Assembly (NCBI RefSeq): GCF_018350175.1
Contig: NC_058368.1
Location: 55,678,001 to 55,742,000, forward strand
Length of the DNA: 64,000 nt
Direction: 5' to 3'
From: Felis catus
Lineage: Eukaryota
The translations under genes were made by a program, and so were the position numbers. Shown piece after piece: positions 37,542 through 51,395 of the stretch (within the stretch, counting starts at the first letter, position 1; every line of letters starts with the position of its first letter). The notes beneath the pieces are model-generated. The model was not told where the DNA came from. It did not search any database and saw only the letters and a list, made by a program, of their open reading frames with translations.

Positions 37542-38711
37542 ATTGGAAAGGCAGGTAAAGCTAATTTTTTGAGGAACATTAATTGTGGCAGAGATAACTG
37601 GCACAAAAATAAGCCTGTGTTTTCAAAAGGGAGTGAACTATTTTCCAGATTAATTCATAAAGCAAGCAGTCCCAGAACTCACTGGGAGAAAGACAAATCT
37701 TGATTAAAATCAACCACTTAAGGCTGTTCACCAGAAAGAATTTCAGGCTTTTGTGTATGCACAGACAATAAAGTTAACAGGGCCATCAATCTTAGAAATA
37801 ATACACATTAGCACCTTAGAATGATTGATACTACTAATATTCAACCCAAGGGGAACATGAATCCAAAGTGTCTAAGAGGAAAGACAATTATTTTTCATAC
37901 TTAGTATTGGAGCTATTTATATGTTGAGCAGGAATTACAAGTTGAAAAATCTTATTGTATAGTACTGTTTAAATTAATGCATAGAAATACTGGCCCAGTT
38001 TATATTTCTGAACATGGTGGCATGGTAATTCCCAATTTAAGAACACATATGGACATATTCATATATAGATAACTGGATTAAACCAACCCTACTTTAAAAA
38101 CTCAGTCCAGATTATAATCATGAGAATAGGATAAACAAACAAAGCATTGCCATTTATAGTCTGTGTTATTAAAGAAGCATATTCATGTCTGTGTGTGGTA
38201 CAAATGATAGAATTTAAAATCAGACACAACTTAACCCAATATTTAAAATGAACAATTTTTTTGAACCTCAAATATTGAACTAAAAAAGGGTGCAGTATTT
38301 TTAGCCAATTGGAGTCAATCCCACATTAAGAAAGATAAATGTAGCATTGAAAATAGAACAGTGCTATGCTAAGCTGTGAAAACCGAAGCACATGCTTGCC
38401 ATTTTTTAATTGGCTTATTTTCATCTTTCTAGTGAATCATTTTAAACTTTTAATGGATTTAATATCTGATTCTCTTGGAAGGAAGACTACTAAAACTTCA
38501 GTTTTGCATAATTACATAGTTCTGCATAATTTACAAAATATATCTATAAATGTTGTAAAGCCATTCTTTCTACCCATTTCCTTATGTTATATGCTACTTA
38601 TTGAGCACTTTATCTGTACTGCTTTGAATTGCTTCAAACAGTTGAAACTTATCTTCTCTATGAAATCCTATTTTTTGAGACTGAAAATCTGATAATCCCT
38701 CCATCATAATC

Positions 38712-38900
38712 TTAAAACAAATGTTTATTAAACACATGCTTTAAACCAGGTTGTGCATTAGTTGCTAGGGATACAAGGCTAAAAAGAGGTATAAATTCTG
38801 CCTTTAGAGAGACAAATGGGTGTAATACAATATAGTAAATATTATTGCTGAGCTGTGGTGGTATAGAAGGCAAATCAGGTAAAGTAATAATGTATATGAT
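38712..38900 (-). mobile_element. LINE-2 3' end fragment
   Basis: aacaaatgtttattaaacac...ccaggttgtgcattagttgctagggatacaa. Confidence 0.6.
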
Positions 38901-39947
38901 ATTTTAAAGGGGTCCCTAAGGATACATTGGGATGAATGACAGTAAAAGCCTTAAGCTTTTTTGTAATCCTTTATAATACTTAACATAGCATTACTCATTT
39001 GTGCCCACCAAATACACATCGATGGACTACGTATCTTTGTTACAAAGTTGTGGGGAGGAGGAGGACTTAAAAATTTTTGCAGTTTTTGCCTGTTTGCCAA
39101 CAGCTTTATAATATTACAGAGCTATAAATCACTCATATGCCTGTAAACAACCATAGCCACTTATGTATTTCCCTACACATATATTACCTTTTAGCTATGC
39201 TTCCATTAGATAGCAATAGAGTATTGTTAAAATATGAAATAAAATAAAATGCAAGGAACAGGTACATTTATAAGTTACTCTAAAAAGGTTTATTTTTATG
39301 AGAATTACATGTTGGCTAAATACCCAAAGAGTTTATGAAAATTTTATGTTGGCCAGATACGATAAACTTACTTTCTTTCTTCATAAAATGCAATCCCTCA
39401 TACATTTGTTGAATACATTAACTATTCTATTTATAAAGACAAAGCAACAATTGAACAAACAATGCCTACATAGCAAGTTAAAAATGTTAGATTTGAAAAT
39501 AGCTTTCAAGTGTTCTCCAACTATAATTGTTTTAACTTTTAAAAAGCTGATCTGTTCATTTTTACTATTTTTTAAGACCTTCAGTATAAGTTTTATCTCT
39601 GAATGATCATGCATACTTACATCTTTATTGTTCTGAAAAAAAATTAATACTATTCATGATTATAAGTTTTGCAATCTGAAATAAATATGAATTAAATGCA
39701 TAACTGAAAATCTGATGTTATTATTTGGTTGGTCACTTATGCTAGCAAAGTAAGTGGGTTTCTTGATATACATTGATCTTTTAATAAATATTAAACCACT
39801 TACATTTTAATTGATTTTAAAAGAAGCTGCTTGGAAATAAAAGTTACATTATTGACTCAGAAATATATTTCTGAAGCATTAAATAATAGATAATGACTTT
39901 ATTTATGGGGTCTGATTTCTTATATTTAATTCTAACAAATAAATATA

Positions 39948-40163
39948 GGGGTGCCTGGGTGGGTCAGCTGGTTAAACGTCCGACTTCAGCTCAGGTCATG
40001 ATCTCACAGCTTGCGAGTTTGAGCCCTTTGTAGGGCTCTGTGCTGACAGCTCAGAGTCTGGAGCCTGCTTTGGATTCTGTGTCTCCCTCTCTCTCTGCCT
40101 CTCCCCTGCTTGCACTCTGTCTCTCTCTCTCAAAAATCAATAAACATTAAACATTTTTAAAAA
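39948..40163 (+). mobile_element. CanSINE
   Basis: Typical head, body and tail. Confidence 0.95.
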
Positions 40164-40794
40164 TAATTATATAGATGGATAATTAAAAAATAGCTTATTG
40201 ATGTAGTTGATATTTTATATATAGAACTTTACTGGTGTTATAGATGCTTCCATGTTATATTGAAAATTCTTATTTGTATCCTATGGCCACCCTCTGAGGC
40301 TGGATTGAGATAGTCTATCACCGCAGGAAAATATTGCAAACAAACAAAAAGAAACAAATAAGCAGAACATGGAGCCAGTTCAAGGGGGGAAATGGAAAGA
40401 AGTTGATGAAACAAAGCAAGTATATTTTCTAATGGCTTGGAAAAAAAAATACAAAAGCAAAGAATATGGTTAGGTCACATAGTAAAGAGGCTTTAGGAGA
40501 AACATTACCTTTGAAGTCAGAATATGGAGTTTGAAAACTGAACTTGTAAGATTCTGTTCAAAAAATATGCAGATAACCTTTGATTTCTCATTAAAAAATA
40601 ATGTATAATAGTTAACTACTGAAACAATGCCCGAACTATACCTTGTACCATGCTAAATGCATACTAGGTCCTTAATAAATGTTATATCCATGTCTTCACA
40701 GTTCATGGTGCTATAATCTGCAACAGTTAAAAACAGTTTATATGACTAAAAAAACAGGATTACTAAGAAGAGGGTAGATATGAGTAATCTAGAA

Positions 40795-40970
40795 CACGGG
40801 CTTTCAAAATTTAGGAGTGTAAAAATAAAAATAATTACGAGATTTACTTAAATGGCCCAAACCAGAGACTCAGCTTCAGCTGGTTGAGAGGAATGCATAG
40901 GTATCTGCATTTTTATTAGGTCCTCAACTGATTTTGTGATGAGAAAAATTCAAAATCTGTGGCCATTGCA
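40795..40970. mobile_element. Possible MER5-like hAT MITE relic
   Basis: ctttcaaaatttag...ccagagactcagcttcagctggt...atctgcatttttattaggtcctcaactgatt. Confidence 0.45.
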
Positions 40971-41129
40971 GCTCAAGCTTCCTTGAAAGATCAAGACTTC
41001 ATCCTTATGTGAAAGAAGAGCTTATTATATATGACAATCTAATATTTGGCTTTATATATCAATATTTATCAATCATATCAATGTCTCTCAAACTTGAATA
41101 ATATACACATTTAAAATAAACACATTCTG

Positions 41130-41950
41130 AGGGGCTGCCACCTGTGTCCAAGATGGAATATCAGTGACCAAATTAACTTCCTATCTGAAACATCCAATAT
41201 CTGTCTCTATTTCTATCTCTATCTCTGTCTCTGTCTCTATCTCTGTATCTGTCTATATTATTTTTATCATCTATATCATCTATCTCTTTGTTTATCTGCA
41301 TTATCTATGTGAACATATGCAATGGTTTTCAAGACACCAGATGATAATGAGTAATGTTTTCTGACAGATGGGAAACAAAGAAAATACTTTCTTCACTACT
41401 TCCTTGAGAGAATTCACATGCTGAGGCAGGGAAAGGGAAAGCAAGGCAAGAGTCCAGAGAACTCCATGATTTGAGTTGAAGAGACAGAGCTGAAGGTTCA
41501 GAAAGAAAAACTGGGCTGAGAATTACAACCAAGATTACTGGAGAGAAGATAACTACAGAGAGATAATTCTGCATATCTGAATAGAGTCTGAATACTAATC
41601 AGCACAAGTGTTTGAAAAAACTACCCAAAGCCGAGTTAAAAATAAAATCCAAAAAGATTAGAGAACAATGCCCTGTGTTCATACAAGGTTGAGAAAGTGC
41701 CTTTTCCCACCAGCTACACCAGACAAATTGAATAATTTATGATATTGTATAGAATACTCAGGATAATCTTGCCTCAGATATCAGGAGTAAAATGCCCTAT
41801 ACAGATCACTATTCTAGACACACCTAGAAAATCATGAATTCGTAATGAACCTGAACACTCAGACTCTAAATTAATTATATCCTAGAACAAACCCCACAAA
41901 TATGTATAGGAAAAAATTACATGCAGATCCTAACATGGTATCATCCACAA
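41130..41950 (+). mobile_element. Old LINE-1 (L1M) 5' region, with (TCTA/TCTG)-type microsatellite at ~41198-41300
   Basis: ccaagatggaata start motif; actacagagagataattctgcatatctgaatagagtc. Confidence 0.5.
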
Positions 41951-42895
41951 CTCTCATAAACTTATTCAAATATCTGCCAATGCTTTGTTCATACAGTAGT
42001 ATATATGGTAACATGTAGACATTGTTTGATGCAGTCACATAAATTATATATCAAGTGTTCTTTACTTTTTTGGCATATATCATTAAAGAAGACAATTTTG
42101 AGTGCATTGTGTGAATTGATAATAAACTATACCCTGATATCTCATAGACATAAATATTCCATCTGTGGTTATCTAGGTAAGTATTCACAATATGTGTGAA
42201 CTTTGCTATCTAAATCAAAGCACACTTGGCCCCTACTTTTAAAAATATAGTAATTAAGGAAAATATTTAAGGAAGAAATTAAAAGAAATGTTTTCTAGTG
42301 GTGGGAACTGTATAAGTCACTTCTGAGGACATAATGCTATTATTATAGTGAAAGGTGATGACACCTCATCTAAGATACTGGCAATAGAGATAATGTAAGT
42401 GTTTAACAATGTTTATGACTGTGATATTTATAGTAAGAGTCACAAAGAAAAATTATTTCAAAAGTGAAAGTGATAAGCTCTTCCTTATCCAAAACAAAAT
42501 CATACAATGATCATTGTCTTCCCAATTTCTTCCCAAAGATATTTTGGATGAAAAGTTAAATAGTTCAAATCTTCATAATTTGTATCTTTGTACAAAATTT
42601 AGGAAACTAAAGAAGACTTTTTACATGAACTATTACATGTATGCCAATCTTTAAATTACATAGATAAAGGAGACAATCACGACCTGAATAGGCTATGAAA
42701 ACCACTAAATGGACAAATAACAATGTACTGGTTGATGGACAAAGGTGGTTAACTAAAACAGAATGCTGGGATGGTTGGAACTGTGTATGTTGAGATATCT
42801 GTCAGAAAAGAATACATGTACTAGTCATTAAGGACTATTTGAAATATAAGAAAGCATACTGTGATAACTTGGTAGTGTTGGGAGGAGGAATATTT

Positions 42896-43110
42896 TTTTT
42901 AATTTTTTTAACATTTTTATTTATTTTTGAGAAAGGAGAGACAGAGCATGAACAGGGGAGGGTCAGAGAGAGGGAGACACAGAATCCGAAACAGGCTTCA
43001 GGCTCTGAGCTGTCAGCACAGAGCCCAATGTGGGGCTTGAACTCACAGACCAGGAGATCATGACCTGAGCCGAAGTCGGCCGCCTAACCGATTGAGCCAA
43101 CCAGGCGCCC
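42896..43110 (-). mobile_element. CanSINE
   Basis: Perfect TSD tgggaggaggaatattt at 42879-42895 and 43111-43127. Confidence 0.96.
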
Positions 43111-44390
43111 TGGGAGGAGGAATATTTAAATGAAACAAAATAAGCAATCATAATAGTTTTATCAAATTTCACAGAATGTTTTAACCCTAAATCTGGCATA
43201 ATCAGCTAACTTTAATGAGCATCAAGACATATAGGCCGATTAGCTTATATATTATCATAAAATCTCTGAGCAAATCCATGTTTAAAGTAAGGACTTTGTG
43301 CGCTCAATGCATAGTATCTTAATATAAGTTATGTTAAGTTACATACTTGATAAATTTTGAATATCATTTTGTGTGTGTGTGTGCATGTTTTGATGACCAG
43401 TGAGATTATGCTAAGTATTTTAACCAAATGGTGAGCAAGTTTTGACTGAAATACTGAAGAATTTAGAGTAGTTCATTCAAGCAGTATAAAACATTCTAAC
43501 TTCTACACTCAGATAACATAAGGATACTTAAAGAAGGTTAAATTAATTTTAACATGGATAACATTGAGAAACTTGCATCATCAATCCAGTGAGGCATATT
43601 TCTTCCTTTTTCCATTTAGCCCACTAACTCTTTCTATAAAAGTAAAGAATTTACATAGGATACATATTCTTCCTGCTGGATTTACAGTTTTTTGAACCGT
43701 AGGAAAGCAGTGCACTTTTTAGATGACCCTGATAATTGGCTTATATGGTGACTTATTCAGTGATGTGCATGCTGTGAAATCCCTTTTTCTTGGAGTAACA
43801 GCAGAGAAACCAGAGGCCCAGGTACCTTGTATATCAAGAAGATTAAATATTTGCAAAGCTCAAAAGAAACTACGGGGGTTTTGAGAAATTTATATATACA
43901 TATGGGTTTGTGTATTTACTTTATTAAGAATCTTCACACACACACACACACAGCAAGGTTCATAGACTTGAAATTTGTTTTAAAAATCTGTTTTTTCTTG
44001 GATTTCCTGTATACCTATTTATGACTAACTTGCAGTTGCTGGGACTAACTTGCAGTTGTGTTAATTCATCCAACGCATTATGCTGACTTTTGTACAATGA
44101 TCATTACTTCATATTACCAATGAATTTGAAAATGTGCTAAAAGGCAATCTTTTGAAATGTGTTAGTTTTGAAAGTTATGTATGGCATTGATTTACAGACA
44201 GCTGTGTATTCAAATGAGTTTATGATCACAACACATTTCCCATAAAATAATGGGCAATATTGTTGATTAAGTAACAATTTAAATATGTTGTTTTAGTATT
44301 CTAACTACCACTCATTGAGGAATTATTATAGAAGTCTCTTCCAGTACATCAGTTATCAGTCCTTTGGAATTAAAATCTATGTGCAAAACA

Positions 44391-44419
44391 TTTATTTTTA
44401 AAAAATTTTAATGTTTATT

Positions 44420-44476
<57 letters not shown>

Positions 44477-44648
44477 TAGTGCAAGCAGGGTAGGGGCAGA
44501 GAGAGAGACGGAGACACAGAATCTGAAGTAGGCTCCAGGTTCTGAGCTGTCAGCACAGAGCCTGATATAGTACTCAAACTCACAAACTGTGAGATCATGA
44601 CCAGAGCAGAAGTTGGACACTTAACTGATTGATCCACCCAGGTGCCCC
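44391..44648 (-). mobile_element. CanSINE with expanded (GA)n tract
   Basis: (GA)n at 44423-44470; TSD-like tgcaaaaca. Confidence 0.95.
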
Positions 44649-44799
44649 ATGCAAAACAGCTATAATATAAGAACATATTGTAAGTGATGCTGGAAAGGAG
44701 AAACTCCTAAAGGTTTATATTAGGACCCAGCTAAATATTTGCTTGAGTTATTTTTTCAAAATATGATAGGTTATATAAATATCCCAAAATAAAACCGCT

Positions 44800-44974
44800 C
44801 ATCGTATTCTCTTATTAATGTTTGTATTTGTGCAGTACTGGTTGTGATCTCTCCTCTTTCATTCATATTTTTATTTCTATGAGTCCTTTCTGTTTTCTTT
44901 TTAATCAGTCTGGCTAGAGGTTTATGAATTTTGTTAATTCATTCAATGTTATCAATTGATTGTTATTGATGTTC

Positions 44975-45033
<59 letters not shown>

Positions 45034-48000
45034 ATTTCTGCTCTTTATTATTTCCTGTCTTCTGCTGGTTTGGGGCTTTATTTGCTGTTCTTTTTTCAGC
45101 TCTTTTAGGTGTAAGGGTAGGTTGTGTATCTGAGACCTTTCGTCCTTCTTTAAGAAGGCCTGGATTGCTATATACTTCCCTCTTTCAACTGTCTTTGCTG
45201 CATCCCAGAGGTTTTGGGCTGTTGTGTTTTCATTTTCATCAGCTTCCATGTACTTTTTAATTTCCTCTTTAATTTTTGGGTTGACCAATTCTTTCTTCAG
45301 TAGGATTTTCTTTAATTTCCAAGTATTTGTGGTCTTTCCAAAAATTTTCTTGTGGTTGATTTTGAATTTCATAGCATTGTGTTCAGAAAACATGCAAAGT
45401 CTGATCTCCATCTTTTTGTACTTGTTGAGGGCTATTTTGTGTCCTAGTATGTGATCTTTTTTGGAGAACATTCCATGTGTACTCAAAGAGAAAGTGTATT
45501 CTTCTGCTTTAGGATGAATTGTTTTGAATATATCTGTTAAATCCATCCAGGCCAGTGTGTCATTCAAACCTATGTTTTCTTGTTGATTTCCTGTTTAGAT
45601 GATCTGTCCATTGCCATAAGTGGGGTGTTCAGGTCCCCTACTATTATGGTATTATTATCAGTGAGTTTCTTTATGTTTGTGATTAATTGATTTGTATCTT
45701 TGGATGTTCTGTTGGGGGAACAAATGTTTACAATTGTTAGATATTCTTGGTGGATAGACCCCTTAATTATGATATAATGTCCTTCTTGTCTCTTGTTACA
45801 GTCTTTATTTTAAAATTTAGCTTTTCTGATACAAGTATGGCTACTCCAGCTTTCTTTTGGTGACCATTAGCATGATACATGTTCTGCATTCCCTTACTTT
45901 TAATCTGCAGGTGTCTTTAGGTCTAAAATGGGTCTCTTGTAAGCAGCGTATAGATGGTTCTTGTTTATTTATCTATTCTGATAGCCTGTGTCTTTTGGAG
46001 TGTTTAGTCCATTGACATTTAGAGCGAGTCCTGAAAGATATGATTTTAGTGCCATTGTGTTGCCTGTAGAGTTGGAGTTTTTGGTGATGTTCTGTTGTCT
46101 TTTCTAGTTTCTGTTGCTTTTGTTCTTTTTTGTTTTGTTTCATCTTTTCTCCACTCAGAGTCCCCCCTTAAAATTTCTTACAGGATCGGTTTAGTGGTCA
46201 CAAACTCCTTTAGTTTTTGTTTGGAAAATTCTGTATCTCTCCTTCAATTTTCAGTGACAACCTTGCTAGATGAAGAATTCTTGGCTGCATAATTTTCTGA
46301 TTCAGCACATTGAATATATCCTGCCACTCCTTTTTGGCTTGCCAAGTTTCTGTGGTTCTGCTGTGAACCTGATCTGTCTTTCCTTATAGATTAAGGAATT
46401 TTTCCCCCTTTCTCCTTTGATAATTCTTTCCTTGTCTGTGTATTCTGTGAATTTGACTATGATATGCCTTGTTGATGGTCACATTTTGTTGGATCTAATG
46501 GGAGTTCTCTGTGCTTCTTGGATTTTGATGTCTATGTCCTTCCCCAGATTAGGAAAGGTTTCCACTTTAAGTTGCTCACATAAAACTTCTGCCCCTTTTT
46601 CTCTTTCTTCATCTTCTGGGAGTCCTATGATTTGGATGTTATTCTTTTTTAATAAGTCACCGAGTCATCTAAGTCTTGTATTGTGCTCTTTTGCCTTTGT
46701 TTTCCTCTTTTTTTCTTTTTCTGCTTCATTATTCTCCATAATTTCATCTCATGTATTGCTGATTTGCTGCTTTGTTTCATCCATCCTGGCTGTTGTGGCA
46801 ACTATTTGAGATTGCATCTCATTTATAGCCTTTTTAATTTTGCCCTTAGTAGATTTTACTTCTTTTACCCCCACAGAAAGGGATCCTATACTTTTTCAAC
46901 CCCAGTTAGTATTCTTATTAATGTGGTTCTAAATTCTAGTTCAGATAGCTTGCTTATATCTGTTTTACTTAAGCCCCAGCTGTCATTTCTTCCTGTTCAT
47001 TCTTTTGGGGTGAGTTCCTTTGTTTTGTCATTCTGGAGGAAGAAAAAAATTAATAACATAAAAAAATAAAAGTTAAAAAGTTTAAAACAAAATAAAAGGT
47101 CACACAAACGAAGGTAGATCCTAGGTGTGTTTTGGTCTGCTTGTTGAAAGAAACTTGATAAAATAGAGAAAAAGGGATAAGAAAAAGAAAAAAAGGTAAA
47201 AAATGTAAAAATAAAAAAATGATATAATAAAATAGAATAAAATGAAATAAAGAAAATTAAATAGAATAAACAATTTTAAAAAATGAAAAAAAATAATAAT
47301 TTTTTTTCTTTCTGTTTCCCAGAATAATAAAAGAAAGAAAAAAAAAACAATTTAAACAAAGACAGAAGGAAAAACAAAATAAAATAAACAAACAAAAAGT
47401 GAATAAATGAGCCAGAAAATAGAATGAAACCTGAATGAAGTTACATCTAGTTTCCCCTAGAACTCAAACTATGAAGAATTCTATATTCCTTGCACTAAGA
47501 AGGTGGAGAGACTTGTGCTGGTCTTCTAGGGGAGGTGCTTGGAGGGCACAGTTGGGCGTGGCTTGGTGTAACAGCTCCCTTCTTCTGTAGAGGGTGCTGT
47601 TTAGCTTACTGGGGTGGATCACTGTGGCGTCAGTGCCCATGCATTCACGTGTGTTGGAGAGGTGGAAATGGCTTCACCCAGCTCTCTAATCTCTGCCACA
47701 TGAACTTTGTGCTCTCATTGACCCACAATCAAGCACCCCTCCTTTGTCTCAGGCCTCCATTCACTCCCTACCTCTACTGTGTCCATGTCCAAGCTGTCAG
47801 CCTGCAAGCTGGCACCTCCCTGCAGGTGAGACTGTGTTTCAAAACCCCTCACTTCAGAGATCCCTGTAGCTTGGATTTGTTCAGACTCTGGGGGAGGGTC
47901 TTGCCGAGTAGTGGCCAAGTGCCGGCTTGCCCCAGAAAACATTCACACGATTGTGCAGCAGCAAAAGTTCAGAGATTGTGGCAACTTATGACACACAGCT

Positions 48001-48666
48001 AGCACCAAGATTCACCATACTGTAGCATCTTTTCTCAGTACCAGCAAACATGGCTGCTCTCCAGCATCTGCTGGGACCTTTACCTGTGGAGAGGCCATAT
48101 GGCCTCTACCAAATGCTCTCCAAGCAGGGGAACTGCTTCTCCCCATGTGGCACATGGATCCCTCAGACACTGTTGCCTACTTCTGGGGATTTGCCCTTTT
48201 TCCTCACCTGAGCACCACCAGGTACGAGGTTCAGAATTTCTGACTCTGTACTAGCTATTTATAGAATCCTGGTGGTATTGAAACCCTCTTCATTGTCCCT
48301 GTCAATGGTTTTAGGGAATAGATTTCTTGTTCAGTCCCTTGTGGGTGTTTTCACTCTTTCTTTTTTTCTCCAGATACTTTTGGGGGAGTGCTTTTCCTGC
48401 ACTATCCTGATGCACTGCACTCTCCCCCTTCTGTCCTCTCTTCACAGAAACATTTCCCTACCCTCTGCAGCTTTTCTCTCCCCCAGTTCACCTCTCTGTA
48501 CAGTGTACCTGCTGAGTTCTGTGGCTCATGTTATGCATGTTGTTGTGTTAATCCTCAGATCATTTTCCTAGGTGTGCATAATGGTTTGGTACTGATCTAG
48601 CTTCATTTCAGGGAAGAGACAAGCTGAGTGCGTCTCCATGCTACTCTTCTATCATCCCCCTTCCCA
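44800..48666 (-). mobile_element. 3'-truncated carnivore LINE-1 (5'UTR, ORF1, ORF2 endonuclease region only)
   Basis: 5' end near 48666; ORF1 ATG at 47031 (MTKQRNSPQKNEQEEMTA); ORF2 ATG at 46055; EN peptide DLTDIFKTIHPKAEEYTFSLSTHGMFSKKDHILG. Homology to the first L1 stops at ~44800. Confidence 0.92.
44975..45030. repeat. (TG)n(TA)n compound microsatellite within L1 ORF2
   Basis: Direct observation. Confidence 0.95.
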
Positions 48667-48949
48667 GTGTTATCTCTCTTATCTCTTCAAGCAAATGGTG
48701 CTTTCTAGGTCTACTGGCTGTTAATATCCATCTCTCATATTTTAAAATAAGAAAAAAAGATGATTAGACTTTATAAACTTCTGGCTCTCCTAAATGGAAG
48801 GGTTAGTTTGTTTTTTAATAAAAAATTTTCATTTGATCATGGAAACACACTATCAAAATAATAAATAAAAATTGTTGATTGAAAAATATAATTTTAGAAT
48901 ATCAGGCATATAACAATGTCAGTAAAAAGGATCATAATAATCACTGTTC

Positions 48950-51395
48950 TTAACAATACCTGTTCCTCAGGGGAAATTAGTTAACAAAAGCCTAATTTTC
49001 TGGGTTATTGTCATAGCCTAACTGATCTAAAGGAAGGTAAATACCCACCTCCAGTCCGCTGTAGCCATCCTGTCCTACCTAAGAGGGAAGAAAAAGTAAG
49101 AAACACTTGTGAAGTTGAGTCCTGAGGCATAGGCTTACCAAAAGAGTGAGATCAGTCTGTAGGGCTATGGAATACTTTCCTCCTCTTGGTACAGTACCAC
49201 CACAACACAAAAGGTCCACATATAGTAATTCCTCTTACTCAAACATCATGCTGTGCTACAGAAAAAGAAGAACAAATGCAAGGTTTACCAAAAGGCAAGA
49301 AACAAACAAACAAAATCCACAATTTGAAGTGACAGATCAAGCATTAGAATTTTACATAGCAGAGATGTTAAAATTTTCAAACTGGATATTTAAAACAGCA
49401 ATCATTAAACAAATATGATTGAAATGCTGTGGGCTCTAATGGAGAAAGCTGCCAGCATGAAAGAACAGACAAACAGCATAAGCAGAGAGATGGAAATTAT
49501 AAGAAAGAACCAAAAAGAGATTTTAGAGATAAAAAAACACTACAATAGAAATGAAGAATGCCTTTCAGTAGACTGGATACAGCAGAGGAAAAAAAAATCT
49601 GATCTATAGGATATATCACTAGAATCTTCAAATGCAAAAAGCAAAGAAAACAAAGACTGAAAAGAAAAATGAAGCAGAAGATCTAGCAACGTTGAGACAA
49701 CTATAAAATGTGTAACAAATGCATAATGAGATACCAGAGGAAAGGAAAAAAAACGGAGACAAAAGACTTATTTGAAACAATTTCTGCAAATTAATGTCAG
49801 ATACCAAGCCACAAATTAAGGAAGCTCAGAGAACACTAAATATGACAAATTTTATTTTTATTTTATTTTTTTAACGTTTTTATTTATTTTTGAAACAGAG
49901 AGCGACAGAGCATGAATGGGGGAGGGGCAGAGAGAGAGGGAGACACAGAATCAGAAGCAGGCTCCAGGCTCTGAGCCATCAGCCCAGAGCCCGACACAGG
50001 GCTCGAACTCACAGACCGTGAGATCGTGACCTGAGCTGAAGTCGGACGCTTAACCGACTGAGCCACCCAGGCACTCCCTAAATATGACAAATTTTAAAGT
50101 ATGTTTTAATTAAATGAAAGTGAAAACACAACTTACAAAAAATTTGTGAGTTTCATAGGAAACAGTCCATAGAGGGAAATTTATAGCATTGGATGAATAT
50201 ATTGGAAACACAGGAAAATCTAAAATCAGTCATCTAACATTTCACCATAGGAAACTAGAAAAAAGAGAACATTTAATACAAAGTAAACAGGAGAACTTTA
50301 ATAATAAAAATTAAAGCAGAAATCAGGAAATAAATAGGGAAAAAGACAAAACTAAATGTTGGCACTTTGAAGATATTAATAAAGTAGTAGCACTTGAACC
50401 AGGCTAACGAAGAAAAAAAAAAGGATAGAGAAGATACTTATTACTAATATCACAAATGAAAGAAGGCACATTATATAAATCCTATAAGCATTAAAAATAT
50501 AATAAAGACATAGTGTGAACAACTGTATGCCTATAGATCTGATAACCTAGGTGAAATAGATCAATTAAAAGGCACAATATGCCAAAACTCATACAAAAAC
50601 AGACAATTTGAATAGGCCTAATTCTATTAAAGAAATTGAATCAGTTTCTTACAAAGAATGGTGGTTTCTTACAAAGCTAAACATATTTTATCACATGATC
50701 CAGCAGTTGTACTTCTTGGCATTTACTCAAAGGAGTTGAAACTTATGTCCATTCAAAAACCTGCACATGAGTGTTTATTTCAGCTCTATTCATAATTGGC
50801 CAAGCTTGTAAGCAGTCAAGATGTGCCTCATTGGGCCAACAGATAAACTGTTGAATATCCAGATAATGGAATATTAGTCTGTGCTAGAAAACAAAAACAA
50901 AAAAACATGAGGCCATAAAAAGACATAATAACATGGGGGAACTTTGAATGCATAATACTGGGTAAAAGAAGCCAAATAAAATGGGTGCATTTTATATGAT
51001 TCCAACTACTGTGTGACATTCTGGAAAAGGCAGACCTATGGAGGCAGTTAAAAGATTAGTGGTTGTCAGGGAACAGGGGGGAGGGAGAAATCAATAGGTG
51101 GACCACAGGATTTTTGGGTCCATGAAAATACCATAATGATGGATACATATTATACATTTTCCCAAACTCATTAAATGTACAACACGAAAGTGTTAAACTA
51201 GGACTTTTGGTGATAATTATGAGACAATCGAGGTTCAATTGTCACAAATGTACTATTCTAGTGATGGATGCAGAAAATAGGGGAATGTATATATATGTGT
51301 GGGAGCATGGGGTATATGAGAAATTTTTGTACTTTTCCTTCAATTTTGCTGTGAGCCTAAAACTTCTCTAATAAAATAAATGCTATTTTAAAAAG
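48950..51395 (+). mobile_element. Old LINE-1 (L1MC1-like 3' end) with large internal deletions
   Basis: ORF1-like (SISREMEIIRKNQKEILEIK) to ~49850, ORF2 pieces 50097-50645, and 3' UTR ending caattttgctgtgagcctaaaacttctctaataaaataaa. Confidence 0.75.
49855..50078 (-). mobile_element. CanSINE
   Basis: Perfect TSD taaatatgacaaatttta at 49837-49854 and 50079-50096. Confidence 0.96.

Noticed and set aside
44023..44058. Direct repeat gactaacttgcagttg x2
   Set aside because: Ordinary 20-bp tandem duplication with two copies; not an array.
44914..45567. 217-aa ORF with endonuclease motifs
   Set aside because: Fragment of decayed L1 ORF2 ending in a microsatellite; no evidence of domestication.
47040..47460. 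A-rich block inside the L1 as a separate insertion
   Set aside because: It lies just upstream of ORF1 and is consistent with the pyrimidine-rich 5'UTR tract of some carnivore L1 families.
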